Assembly (NCBI GenBank): GCA_038213805.1
Contig: JBBQSO010000050.1
Span: 1-38,286, forward strand
From: Planctomycetota bacterium
GTDB lineage: Bacteria > Planctomycetota > UBA11346
Direction: 5' to 3'
DNA length: 38,286 bases
Both the position numbers and the translations under genes were made by a program. Positions 25,018 to 34,904 of this stretch are shown here, piece by piece. The notes below the pieces were generated by a model. That model was not told where the DNA came from and ran no database searches. It worked only from the letters and a program-made list of their open reading frames with translations. The stretch's first letter is position 1. The number at the start of each line of letters is the position of its first letter.

Positions 25018-28000
25018 ATGCCCGTCCGCGCGCTCCTCGCCGTCTTCGCACTTCTGATCTGCTCGGCCGCGCTGCACGGTGCGGATACCGTGCTCGCGCT
25101 GCGCAAGGGCGACCGCATCGCGATCATCGGCAGCGCGGTCGCCGACCGCATGCAGCACGACGCCTGGTTCGAATCCCTGATCTACCGCGCGTACCCCGAT
25201 CTCGACCTCACGGTGCGCACCCTCGCCGCGCCCTGTGACGAGGTGGTGACGCGTCTGCGCACCGAGACCGGCGCGACGCGCGACGCCTGGCTGGCCCGGC
25301 TGGACTGCACCGTGGTGCTGGCCTTCTATGGCTTCAACGAATCGTTCGCCGGCCCCGCCGGCCTGCCGCAATTCACCCAGGACCTGCACGGCTTCATCGC
25401 CGCCATCCGCGCCGCACACGGCAGCACCGGGCAGGCCCCGCGCCTGGTGCTGATCTCGCCGACGGCCGCAGAGGACCTCCACGATGCCAATCTCGCTGCG
25501 CCAGGACCGCTCAACGCCAATCTCGCGGCCTATGCGGCCGCGATGGCCGCGGTGGCGAAGGCCGACGCGGTGCCGTTCGTCGATCTGTTCGCGACCTCGC
25601 AGCAGCTCTATGGCGCGGCCGCGCACCCGTTGACCTTCAACGGCATCCACCTCACCGAGACCGGCGATGAGGTGTTCGCCCCGCCGCTCTTCCAGGCGGT
25701 CTTCGGCGTCCCGCCGCCGCTGCCGAGCGCGGCGCTTGAGACCCTGCGCGCCGCGGTGGTCGACAAGAACGAGACCTGGTTCCACCGTTACCGCACGGTC
25801 GACAGCTACAACATCTACGGCGACCGTTCGCGCATCGGCTACGAATCCGGCCCGGGCGGGCCCAAGCTCACCAACGCCCAGGTGATGGAGCCGGAGATGG
25901 CGGTCCGCGATGCGCTGACCGTGAAACGCGATCGGCGCATCTGGGCGGTCGCGCAGGGCGGCGACCTTGCCCTTGACGAGGCCGGCCTGCCGGAGGTCCC
26001 CGTGGTGAAGACCAACCTGCCCGGCTCCGGTCCGGACGGGACCCATCCTTACCTTGGTGCCGAGGCGGCGATCGCGCACATGACGCTCGCCAAGGGCTGC
26101 AAAGCCAACCTGTTCGCCAGCGAAGAACAGTTCCCCGAACTGGTGAAGCCCGTGCAGATGGCCTGGGACACGCGCGGCCGGCTGTGGGTGTCGGTGTGGC
26201 CGAACTACCCCGAACGCACGCCGACCAGCACCGTCGGCGACAGGATCCTCATTCTTGAGGACACCGACGGCGACGGCAAGGCGGACAAGATGACGACCTT
26301 CATCGACGGCCTGAACTGCCCGACCGGCTTCCAGTTCTACAAGGACGGCATCCTGCTCATGCAGTCGCCCGACCTGTGGTTCGTGCGCGACACCGACGGT
26401 GACGGCAAGGCGGACTGGAAGGAGCGCGTGCTGATGGGGCTCGACGCCGCCGACTCGCACCACGAGACCAACTCCATGGTCGTCGACCAGGGCGGCGCGA
26501 TGTACCTCAGCGACGGCTGGTTCATGCGCACCCAGATCGAGACCGCGCAGGGACCGGTGCGCAACGTCGACGCCGCGATCTACCGCTACGAACCGCTCAG
26601 CCAGAGGTTCGAGCGCTACGTGCCCTACGACTTCGCGAATCCGCACGGGCGCGTGTTCGACGGTTGGGGCACCGACATCATCACCGACGGCACCGGCAAC
26701 GAGAACTTCTTCGCGCCAGCCTTCAGCGGGCACATCGACTACCCGGGCCGCCACCCGCGCATGCAGCAGTTCTGGAACCGCCCGTCGCGGCCCTGCGCGG
26801 GAACTTGCATCCTCTCCAGCCGGCACTTCCCGGAGGAGTTCCAGGGCAACTTCCTTGACTGCAACGTCATCGGCATGCAGGGGGTGTTCCGCGCGCGCGT
26901 CCGCGAGGAGGGCTCCGGACTCGCCGGCGACACGCTCGAGAACCTGGTCAGCTCCGACGACCGCACCTTCCGCCCCAGCGGCGTGAACGTCGGGCCCGAC
27001 GGCGCGGTCTACGTCATGGACTGGTCGAACGCCATCGTCGGCCACCTGCAGCACCACCTGCGCGATCCCAACCGCGACCACGTGCATGGCCGCATCTACC
27101 GCATCACGTACGAAGGTCGGCCGCTGCTGGCGCCGGCGCGCATCGCCGATCAGCCGGTGGCCGCGCTCCTCGAGCTGCTCACAGAGCCCGAGGACAACGT
27201 GCGCGCCCGCGCCCAGCTCGAACTCGGCAAGCGCGACCCCGCCACCGTCCTTGCCGCGGTCGACGCGTGGGCGGCGAAGCTTGATCCCGCCGCTGCGGGT
27301 TTCGCGCGCAACCAGCTGTACGCGCTGTGGACGCATCAGTGGTTCAACGCCGTCGACCTGCCGCTGCTGCGCCGGCTGCTGCGCGCGCCGGACCACCACG
27401 TGCGGGCGGCGGCGACGCGGGTGCTCTGCTATTGGCGCGACCGCGTGCCCGAGGTCGTCGCGCTGCTGCGCGTCCAGGCCGAGGACGAGCATCCGCGCGT
27501 GCGGCTGGAGGCGGTGCGCGCCTGCAGCTTCCTGCGCCAATGGGAAGCCGGCGACGTCGCCCTGCTCGCCCTGAAGCGGCCGCACGACTATTACGTCGAC
27601 TACTGCTTGAAGGAGACCATGCGGCAGCTCGAGCCGTGGGTGCGGCCAGCGTTGACTGCGGGCAGCGCGATCGCGGCGGGCAACCCCGAAGGCATGGCCT
27701 ACCTGCTTGCCGGCGTCGGCACGGGCGAGCTCGCCACCTTGCCGCCCGGGCCGGCGGTGTGGCAGGCGCTGGTCACGCGCGCCGACACGCCCCCGCCCGC
27801 GCGCCTGGACGCGCTGCGCGCCTGGGCCGCGCAGCGCGGCGCCACTCCGCTCGCCACCCTGCTGGAGGTGATGCAGGGGATCACCGCCACGGATGCGGCC
27901 GCGCTCGCAACGGCCTCTGCCACCCTGCTGAGCCTGCCCGCGGCCGAACTCGCGGTCGGCCGGAACGCACTGACCACGCTGCGCACCCCGGACCGGCCCG

Positions 28001-28962
28001 AGCCGCTGCGCCGCGCGGCGATCGCCGCGCTGATGACCATCGACGGCAGCGTTGACCGGCAGTGGGAACTGGCCGGACGGGATCCCGCCGCCATCGGCGA
28101 TGCGCTTGGCGCGGTGACCATGATCGCGGCTACGCCGGTGCGCGCCTCCGCCGCGCCGCACGTGCTCGAGCTCCTCGGTGCCCAGCTCGCGCAGCGCACG
28201 CCGGCCGTCCCGCCGGATCAGGTCGGCCGCCTGCGCCGCGCGGCACTCGACGCCGCGCCCGCCTGCGCACTCGACCCCGCGCAGCTGGCGGCTGCGCTCG
28301 CGGCGCTGTTGGCCGCCAACGAGGAGGTGCCCAGCGCGGTGCGCTGCGCGCGGCACGTTCCGCTCCCGGCGTGGACGCCGGCGCTCGCCGCGACCGCGGT
28401 CGATGGCATCGCCCGCTGGGTGCGCGGCCAGGCGGTCGCCCAGCGCGGCCGCACGGAGGTCGTCGACGCCCTCGCCTGCGCGCGCGAACTCACCGGCCGC
28501 CTGGGCGAGACGGAAGCGCGCGCCGCCCGCGCTGCGCTCAAGGAGCTCGGCGTCGAGATCATCATCCTGACCACCGTCCGCGAGCAGATGCGCTATGACC
28601 GGGCCCACGTCGTGGTCGAGGCCGGCAAGCCGTTCCAGCTGATCCTGCGCAACGCCGATTCGATGCCGCACAACCTGGTGGTGGTCACGCCGGGCAACCG
28701 CGCGCGCATCGGTCAGCTCGCGGCGGGCCTGGCAGCGACCGTGGATGGCGAAGGCCGGGCCTTCGTCCCGCAGGACCCGGCCGTGCTCGCCGCCACCAGA
28801 CTGGTGGAACCGGGTCAGGAGCGCGTGCTGCGCATGACGGCGCCGACGGCGCCCGGCGAGTACGAGTACCTGTGCACCTTCCCGGGCCACTACCTGATCA
28901 TGTGGGGGACGCTCACCGTGACCGGCGATGTCGAGGGGTACCTGCGCGATCATCCGCCCTGA
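25018..28962 (+). CDS. PVC-type multidomain protein: SGNH-like + beta-propeller dehydrogenase-like + HEAT repeats + azurin-like cupredoxin
   Basis: Signal peptide; YGFNES and NGIH; two DTDGDGKAD; GPDGAVYVMDW and HGRIYRI; HEAT (HPRVRLEAVRA); type-1 Cu ligands MPHN and CTFPGHYLIM. Confidence 0.9.
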   Translation: MPVRALLAVFALLICSAALHGADTVLALRKGDRIAIIGSAVADRMQHDAWFESLIYRAYPDLDLTVRTLAAPCDEVVTRLRTETGATRDAWLARLDCTVVLAFYGFNESFAGPAGLPQFTQDLHGFIAAIRAAHGSTGQAPRLVLISPTAAEDLHDANLAAPGPLNANLAAYAAAMAAVAKADAVPFVDLFATSQQLYGAAAHPLTFNGIHLTETGDEVFAPPLFQAVFGVPPPLPSAALETLRAAVVDKNETWFHRYRTVDSYNIYGDRSRIGYESGPGGPKLTNAQVMEPEMAVRDALTVKRDRRIWAVAQGGDLALDEAGLPEVPVVKTNLPGSGPDGTHPYLGAEAAIAHMTLAKGCKANLFASEEQFPELVKPVQMAWDTRGRLWVSVWPNYPERTPTSTVGDRILILEDTDGDGKADKMTTFIDGLNCPTGFQFYKDGILLMQSPDLWFVRDTDGDGKADWKERVLMGLDAADSHHETNSMVVDQGGAMYLSDGWFMRTQIETAQGPVRNVDAAIYRYEPLSQRFERYVPYDFANPHGRVFDGWGTDIITDGTGNENFFAPAFSGHIDYPGRHPRMQQFWNRPSRPCAGTCILSSRHFPEEFQGNFLDCNVIGMQGVFRARVREEGSGLAGDTLENLVSSDDRTFRPSGVNVGPDGAVYVMDWSNAIVGHLQHHLRDPNRDHVHGRIYRITYEGRPLLAPARIADQPVAALLELLTEPEDNVRARAQLELGKRDPATVLAAVDAWAAKLDPAAAGFARNQLYALWTHQWFNAVDLPLLRRLLRAPDHHVRAAATRVLCYWRDRVPEVVALLRVQAEDEHPRVRLEAVRACSFLRQWEAGDVALLALKRPHDYYVDYCLKETMRQLEPWVRPALTAGSAIAAGNPEGMAYLLAGVGTGELATLPPGPAVWQALVTRADTPPPARLDALRAWAAQRGATPLATLLEVMQGITATDAAALATASATLLSLPAAELAVGRNALTTLRTPDRPEPLRRAAIAALMTIDGSVDRQWELAGRDPAAIGDALGAVTMIAATPVRASAAPHVLELLGAQLAQRTPAVPPDQVGRLRRAALDAAPACALDPAQLAAALAALLAANEEVPSAVRCARHVPLPAWTPALAATAVDGIARWVRGQAVAQRGRTEVVDALACARELTGRLGETEARAARAALKELGVEIIILTTVREQMRYDRAHVVVEAGKPFQLILRNADSMPHNLVVVTPGNRARIGQLAAGLAATVDGEGRAFVPQDPAVLAATRLVEPGQERVLRMTAPTAPGEYEYLCTFPGHYLIMWGTLTVTGDVEGYLRDHPP

Positions 28963-29202
28963 GCGGGCAGGGTAGAGCGAAGAGGGAAGCAGGAGGTGGC
29001 AGGAAGTAAGGGAACGAGCGCGCAAGGAAGCGCGGAGCAGCAGGGTGGAAAAAGTAGGGGGTCAAGCCGACCACGTCGCATGGTCGACGTGCGCTGGCTC
29101 CTGATCCCTGCGGCCGGCGCCGGCCAGGGTGGAAGCGCGCCACATCCTTGCGCTTCGTCACGCCCGCCCACGCTTGCTCCACAACCGCCACGTGGAGCCG
29201 TC

Positions 29203-31209
29203 ATGCGACATCATTTCCGCTTTCAGCTGCTCACCGCCGTGCTTCTCGCCCAATCGGCTGCGCTGCACGCCGGTGAAGCCGTGGCGACCGCTCCGGCGGT
29301 GGTGATGAGCGCCACCTGCCCTGACCTGGCGCGTACCCGTGAGCGCATCGCCACCAGCCTGTGGGGCCGCATCTACGCCATGCCGGCGCTGGCGACGCTG
29401 CGCACAGCGGCCGACGCGCAGATGGCGGAGGCGGCCAAGACGCTGGGCATCGATCCCAACCTGCTGATCGCGGACGTCGCCTGCGCGGAAAGCCTGGTCA
29501 TCCTGCCCGCCCCCGGTGCCGCGCCGCTGCCTGCGGGCCGCGTGCGCTTCCCCGCCACCATCGCCTTGGCGATGCAGGCGCTCGCCGCGCGCCCCGGTGC
29601 CGTCACGGCCGGCGATGGCGTGGTCACGCTCGGCGAGGCCGCCTACCGGCGCTCCGGCGAGTGGCTGCTGATCGGTGCGGCCGGCAAGGCCGTGGCTGAA
29701 CCACCGCGCGTGGCGCCGCTCGAACCCGACAGCGACCTGTCCGGCCGCCTCGACTTCACCACCCTGGTGCGGGCGATGCCGACCGAGCCGGCGCCGAAGC
29801 GCGATCCGCAGCGCGTGCTCGCCGCGCTTGGACTCAGCACCATGGACGTCCACTTCGCCTTCGCGCCCGACGGCACCCACGAGCGTCTCGAACTCGCGGG
29901 CGTGCAACTCCCCCTGGCGCCGTTGGATGGCGCCGCGCTGGCGTCCCTGCCTGCGCAGCCACTGGTGGTCTGGGCGGCCGGTCTCGATGGGGCGAAGCTC
30001 GCAGCCATGGCCGACAGGGTCGTCGCGGCGGGCGGTGAAACTGGCGGATTTACGGAGGTCGACGCGCAGCTCGCCGCGCTGAAACTGCCCGGGGTGGACG
30101 CCATCCTCGCCGGGCTGCACGGCACCGCCTGGCTCGCCGTGCTGAACGGCGCGCCCTTCCCCTCCGTCACGCTGGCCGTCCCCGCCTCGCCCGAGATCGA
30201 TGCGTGCGTTGCGGCGCTGGGCACGCGCCTGGGCTTCGATGCCGTCGCCGCGCGCAGCCAGGCGGTGGTGTTGCAGCTACCGGCGCGTCTGCCGGTGCTG
30301 GTGCAGCTGCGCCGCACCGCCACGCACTGGGTGGTAGGCAGCGACGCAGAGCTGCTCGACCGCCTGGGCGCCGGCGCGGCCGGTGGCTACGCGCTGCCGC
30401 CGGCCCAGCCGGGTGCGTTGCCCGCGTTGGGCCTGTTCACCCTCGACCAGCGTGGCCTTGGCCAGCTGCTGCTGTCCTACCTGCCGCTGATGATGCAGGG
30501 CATGCTTGCCACGGTGCCACCGGACCAGCAGCAGGTGCAGCGCAAGAACCTCCTATCGTTCCAGCAGGGCCTGGCCGCAGCCCTGCCGCTGCTGGGTGCC
30601 AGCACGGCTGTCGCCACCCAGGCGCCCGTGGGCGCGACCATCACCGCGCGCAACCTCTACGTCGTCACGCCCATCCTGGCCGGCATGTTGCTGCCGACCA
30701 TCGGCCTGGTGCGCGAACAGGCCAACCGCACCAAGACCGGCAGGAACCTGTCCCAGATCGTCGGCGCGCTCATTGCCTACGAAACCCAGGAGGAGAAGAC
30801 CGCCCCCGATCTGGCCACCCTGGCCAAGGCCATGTCGCTGCCCAAAACCCTGTTCATCGACCCGAGCGCCCCGGCCATCGCTGCGCCCTACCTCTACGTG
30901 CGCGCGTTCGAGCCCTCCGCCCAGCAGCCCTTCATCCTCCAGGATCCCGCCTGCACCCGGGGCAAGGGCATGACCGTGGCCTATGGCGACTCGCACGTCG
31001 GCTTCATCAAGGCCCCCGCCGCCCAGCGCCTGTGGGCCGAGGCCCAGCGCCTTGCCGCCTCCCCGAAAGCCGCCGCAGGCGGTATCACCCTGGCCGACTG
31101 GGCCGCGGTCTTCGACATCCTCCATGTCGACCCCCAGGAGGTAGAGGCGGCAGACCCACCTGCGGCGCCCGCACCCGCCCTCAAGCCCGAGCCGGCACCC
31201 ATCCCGTGA
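29203..31209 (+). CDS. Exported protein with a C-terminal DUF1559/pilin-like module
   Basis: Signal peptide; internal ILAGMLLPTIGLVREQANRTKTGRNLSQI and GMTVAYGDSHV resemble planctomycete prepilin/H-X9-DG motifs. Confidence 0.75.
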   Translation: MRHHFRFQLLTAVLLAQSAALHAGEAVATAPAVVMSATCPDLARTRERIATSLWGRIYAMPALATLRTAADAQMAEAAKTLGIDPNLLIADVACAESLVILPAPGAAPLPAGRVRFPATIALAMQALAARPGAVTAGDGVVTLGEAAYRRSGEWLLIGAAGKAVAEPPRVAPLEPDSDLSGRLDFTTLVRAMPTEPAPKRDPQRVLAALGLSTMDVHFAFAPDGTHERLELAGVQLPLAPLDGAALASLPAQPLVVWAAGLDGAKLAAMADRVVAAGGETGGFTEVDAQLAALKLPGVDAILAGLHGTAWLAVLNGAPFPSVTLAVPASPEIDACVAALGTRLGFDAVAARSQAVVLQLPARLPVLVQLRRTATHWVVGSDAELLDRLGAGAAGGYALPPAQPGALPALGLFTLDQRGLGQLLLSYLPLMMQGMLATVPPDQQQVQRKNLLSFQQGLAAALPLLGASTAVATQAPVGATITARNLYVVTPILAGMLLPTIGLVREQANRTKTGRNLSQIVGALIAYETQEEKTAPDLATLAKAMSLPKTLFIDPSAPAIAAPYLYVRAFEPSAQQPFILQDPACTRGKGMTVAYGDSHVGFIKAPAAQRLWAEAQRLAASPKAAAGGITLADWAAVFDILHVDPQEVEAADPPAAPAPALKPEPAPIP

Positions 31210-31327
31210 GCCCAGTTGTCCTCGGCCTCGGGGTGATCGCAGCCTTCGCCGTGCGGGTGGTGATGGCCCTCGAGCACGCTCAGCCTTGACAGGCCACCCA
31301 TCCCCAGAGGATCGGACGCCCGCACAT

Positions 31328-31402
31328 TCCCTGGTAGCTCAGCGGTAGAGCAGTTGACTGTTAATCAATTGGTCGGAGGTCCGAATCCTCCCCGGGGAGC
31401 CA
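31328..31402 (+). tRNA. tRNA-Asn(GTT) with encoded CCA
   Basis: Acceptor TCCCTGG/CCGGGGA, D arm GCTC/GAGC, anticodon arm GTTGA-CTGTTAA-TCAAT, T arm GGAGG/CCTCC (loop TCCGAAT). Confidence 0.95.
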
Positions 31403-31440
31403 AAGTAGTCCGTCTACTAACGTAGACGACAGTCGCGGAT

Positions 31441-31476
31441 GTGAGGGGCTGGCTAACGCCAGCCCCTCACTTTTTG
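31441..31476 (+). terminator. Rho-independent terminator after the tRNA
   Basis: GTGAGGGGCTGGC-TAAC-GCCAGCCCCTCAC followed by T6. Confidence 0.9.
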
Positions 31477-31523
31477 GCTTCTGCCGTATCTTTCTTTCTC
31501 TCGATTATTGCGATAGCTGAAAA

Positions 31524-31546
31524 TTGACAGTAACGTGGCGTTGTCA
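31524..31546 (+). promoter_or_regulatory. TTGACA -35 box overlapped by an inverted repeat TGACA-N12-TGTCA
   Basis: Read directly upstream of the SPFH gene; a regulator site is inferred. Confidence 0.35.
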
Positions 31547-31578
31547 CCCCGGTCTCCCACCCCCTTGCAGGTCACCTC

Positions 31579-32595
31579 ATGCTGGGCTTCACGTTCATCA
31601 AGACCCCACCCACCACGTACGTCATCCAGTACAAGGCCGGTGCGGTGGTTCGGGAAGGGGCAGGCCTGGCGTTTTTCTACTATACGCCGACCAGTTCGCT
31701 GGTGCTGGTTCCGCTCGCCAGCGCCGATGCCCCATTCATTTTTTCCGAGAGCACTGCTGATTTTCAGGAAGTCACCGTCCAGGGCCAGATCGCCTATCGC
31801 ATTCAAGACGCCAAAGGCACGGCCAAGCTGCTCAATTTCACCGTCGATCACCGCGGTCGTTACATCTCAGAGGATCCCGAGAAACTCCCGCAACGCGTGG
31901 TCAACCAGGTCAAGGTCCTGATCCGCAAGGAGATCAACCAGCTGTCGCTACGCGATGCCTTGCGCTCGTCGGAACGGCTAACCGCTACCGTGTCCGGATC
32001 GCTGGCTGCCGCCACGGAAGTGGCCGCGTTGGGCCTCGCGATTGTCGGCGTGTCGATCCTGGCGATCAAACCGGCACCGGACACCGCGCGCGCGCTTGAG
32101 GCCGAAGCCCGCGAGCAGCTGTTGAAAGAGGCCGATGCCGCCATCCATGCCCGGCGGGTCTCAGCGGTCGAACAGGAACGGGTGATCAAGGAGAGCGAAC
32201 TCAACACCGAGGTGGCGGTGGAGAACATGCGCCGCCAGGTTCGTGAGGCGCAGATGGAAGCCGAACGTTCGGTACAGGAGAAACAGCATCAGCTGCAAAG
32301 GGCAGAACTCGATTCCACGATCTCGCTGGAGCAACGCCGCCAGGACTTCGTCGCATTATCGGTCGAGAATGCGCGACACGAGGCCGATGCCAAAGCGTAC
32401 GCCCTGCGCGGGATGGTGACGGCACTGGCCGGAGTCGATCCGCGGGTCCTGCAGTCGCTCGCCAGTCAAGGCATGCAGCCGAACCAACTGATCGCCCTGG
32501 CCTTCCAAGGACTCGCCGACAAGGCAGACAAGATCGGAGAGCTGAACATCTCGCCTGATCTGCTGCGTGAGCTGATCGATCAGAAAAAGAAGTAG
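31579..32595 (+). CDS. SPFH/band-7 domain protein
   Basis: GLAFFYY, TADFQEVTVQGQIAYRI and a coiled-coil C-terminal half ending IGELNISPDLL. Confidence 0.88.
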   Translation: MLGFTFIKTPPTTYVIQYKAGAVVREGAGLAFFYYTPTSSLVLVPLASADAPFIFSESTADFQEVTVQGQIAYRIQDAKGTAKLLNFTVDHRGRYISEDPEKLPQRVVNQVKVLIRKEINQLSLRDALRSSERLTATVSGSLAAATEVAALGLAIVGVSILAIKPAPDTARALEAEAREQLLKEADAAIHARRVSAVEQERVIKESELNTEVAVENMRRQVREAQMEAERSVQEKQHQLQRAELDSTISLEQRRQDFVALSVENARHEADAKAYALRGMVTALAGVDPRVLQSLASQGMQPNQLIALAFQGLADKADKIGELNISPDLLRELIDQKKK

Positions 32596-32597
32596 CT

Positions 32598-33524
32598 GTG
32601 CTGCCGCTGAGCGAGAGCCGCATCGTCCTGATCTCCCGCCGGACGCGGCTTGAAGAGCTGATCGCACGCTTCAATACCCAGACCCAGGCGCGATTCTACG
32701 TCGAGCATCTGGGTGCCGATTTTTCCGACTATCAGAACGAACACGATCGCTACCACGACGCGCTGCAGGGGACCAGCAGGATTCTTGCACATCATGGACG
32801 ACTGCATGCCGTCGAACGACGCTTCTTGTCCAATTATATCTTCGGAAAGAACGACCTGATCGTGGCGCTGGGCCAGGACGGATTGGTCGCCAACACCCTC
32901 AAATACCTGGATGGCCAGCCGCTGATCGGGATCAATCCTGACCGCACGCGATGGGATGGGGTGCTGTTGCCCTTCGCGGTTGCCGACCTTGACCGAGTCA
33001 TTCCCGAGGCACTGGCGGGACGTCGTCCGATCAAGGAGGTCACCATGGCCAAGGCTACCCTCAATAACGGTCAGTCGCTATATGCGGTGAACGACTTCTT
33101 TATTGGCGCAAAATCACACGTGTCGGCGCGCTACTTGATCAGGCTCGGCGATCGCGAGGAGCGTCACTCCTCCAGCGGTATTATTATTTCAACTGGGCTC
33201 GGTTCGACCGGCTGGTTCAAAAGCGTCATGGCAGGAGCCACGGCATTGGCCGGTAGCCCAGCGTCAGAACGGAAGGTCGCCAAGCCCATGCCGTGGCATG
33301 CCTCTTTCCTCGTGTTCAGCGTGCGCGAACCCTTTCCTAGCACCTCCACCTCGGCCACCCTCGTACATGGACGGATTGATTCTGAACCACTGCTGGTGAC
33401 CTCCCAGATGGCCGAAAATGGGGTATTGTTCAGCGACGGAGTGGAACAGGACTATCTTGACTTCAATGCCGGCACGCTGGCCACCATCACTGTCGCTGAG
33501 CGCACTGGCAGGTTGGTGATCTGA
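32598..33524 (+). CDS. NAD-kinase-like protein
   Basis: LGQDGLV, IGINPD, AVNDFFIG, STGLGSTGW and SDG, variants of the NADK GGDG, NE and TPxGSTAY motifs. Confidence 0.85.
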   Translation: MLPLSESRIVLISRRTRLEELIARFNTQTQARFYVEHLGADFSDYQNEHDRYHDALQGTSRILAHHGRLHAVERRFLSNYIFGKNDLIVALGQDGLVANTLKYLDGQPLIGINPDRTRWDGVLLPFAVADLDRVIPEALAGRRPIKEVTMAKATLNNGQSLYAVNDFFIGAKSHVSARYLIRLGDREERHSSSGIIISTGLGSTGWFKSVMAGATALAGSPASERKVAKPMPWHASFLVFSVREPFPSTSTSATLVHGRIDSEPLLVTSQMAENGVLFSDGVEQDYLDFNAGTLATITVAERTGRLVI

Positions 33525-33635
33525 CCTGGATCACCACCACGGGAAAAAGGGATTCGCCACTCTATGTCATGAGCTCCATGCTGCCTCATGCGCCAATCAG
33601 TCTGATGTGTCCTTGAAGAATCCCGCCAGGCGGCG

Positions 33636-34889
33636 ATGGCTGAGCCGGTCACGGTTGGCGGACCGGCGGTTCCAGCTGAACGCATTGCCTGGTCGTCGTG
33701 GTGCAGATGGTGGCAGGCAATGTCCATCCGCCTGCGTGTCGCCCTGTCCCTTGGTCTTCCGGTCAGCGTCATCCTGAGCGTCACCATCATGCCGCTGTTG
33801 TGGATGTGGATGATTCCGGCGGCGATTGGTGGAACGGAACTCGCGCCTCTGTTCCTGCTGGTGGGACTGGCGGTGATCAGCTTGGCGTGGCGACAAGATG
33901 CTGCGCATCGCCGGCTGCGCTGGTGGGTGTTGGGCTGCGGGGCATGGATCATCCTGCTCACCGGACGCACCTTGGTCCAGGTTCCGCCGACGTGGGCTGC
34001 TGCCGATGCCGCGATGACCGCTGGACTGGTCGCCGGCGGGCAGCCATCGACGGTACCGACACTGCATCCGGTGTGCGATCTGCTGACCCTGCTGATCGGC
34101 ATCCGTACGCCGTCCATCGCGGTTGATGCCGGAGTGGAATTGGGCGACAGCGGTGGAGTCCCGCTACGTGGGGATGTCTACCATCCGCCGCAGGCCGGGA
34201 TCCATCCGGTAGTTCTGGTGGTGCATGGTGGCGGCTGGAGCAGTGGCGACCGCTCCGAAGGCTCGACGGCCAGCCGGGCATTGGCCGCGGCGGGCTTCTT
34301 GGTGGTCAGCTGCGACTACCGCCTGGCGCCCGCCCAACACTATCCTGCGCAGCTGGCCGATGTGCAGGTCGCGTTACGCTGGATCCGTACCAATGCCGCG
34401 GCGCTCGGCGGTGACTCGACTCGCATCGCGCTACTGGGGCGCTCGGCTGGGGCCCAGCTCGCCATGCTCACCGCCGCGGCTCCAGATTCCGGGATCGCCG
34501 CCGTCGTTGGTTTCTACAGTCCGGTTGATTTCGTGGCTGGCTGGCGCGATCCGGGCTGGCCCGATCCGCTGGATGCACGCACGGTCTTCCGCGAGTATCT
34601 GGGTGGTACCCTGGATGAACTGCCTGAGCGCTATCGCGAGGCCTCGCCGATCAACCACACCGACCATCCATTGCCGCCGGTGCTGCTGATCTACGGCGGT
34701 AGCGATCAACTGGTCCAGCTACGTTTCGGCCAACGGCTCACCGAACAGCTGCGCGCTGGCGGCACGCCCACCGTGCTGATCACGATTCCGTGGGCCGAGC
34801 ATGCCTTTGATGCGATACCCCATGGTCTCGGCGGCCAGCTGGCACTGCACCAGGTCGAACGGTTCCTGAATGCGACGTTAAAGCGTTGA
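33636..34889 (+). CDS. Membrane-anchored alpha/beta hydrolase (HSL/GDXG esterase family)
   Basis: Three N-terminal TM segments; HGGGW, DYRLAP, GRSAG, D(QLV) and H(AFD). The start may be 33720. Confidence 0.9.
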   Translation: MAEPVTVGGPAVPAERIAWSSWCRWWQAMSIRLRVALSLGLPVSVILSVTIMPLLWMWMIPAAIGGTELAPLFLLVGLAVISLAWRQDAAHRRLRWWVLGCGAWIILLTGRTLVQVPPTWAAADAAMTAGLVAGGQPSTVPTLHPVCDLLTLLIGIRTPSIAVDAGVELGDSGGVPLRGDVYHPPQAGIHPVVLVVHGGGWSSGDRSEGSTASRALAAAGFLVVSCDYRLAPAQHYPAQLADVQVALRWIRTNAAALGGDSTRIALLGRSAGAQLAMLTAAAPDSGIAAVVGFYSPVDFVAGWRDPGWPDPLDARTVFREYLGGTLDELPERYREASPINHTDHPLPPVLLIYGGSDQLVQLRFGQRLTEQLRAGGTPTVLITIPWAEHAFDAIPHGLGGQLALHQVERFLNATLKR

Positions 34890-34904
34890 AGGGCAGGATC
34901 GCGT

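Noticed and set aside
24964..29025. 1353-aa minus-strand ORF
   Set aside because: Antisense shadow of the PVC dehydrogenase gene.
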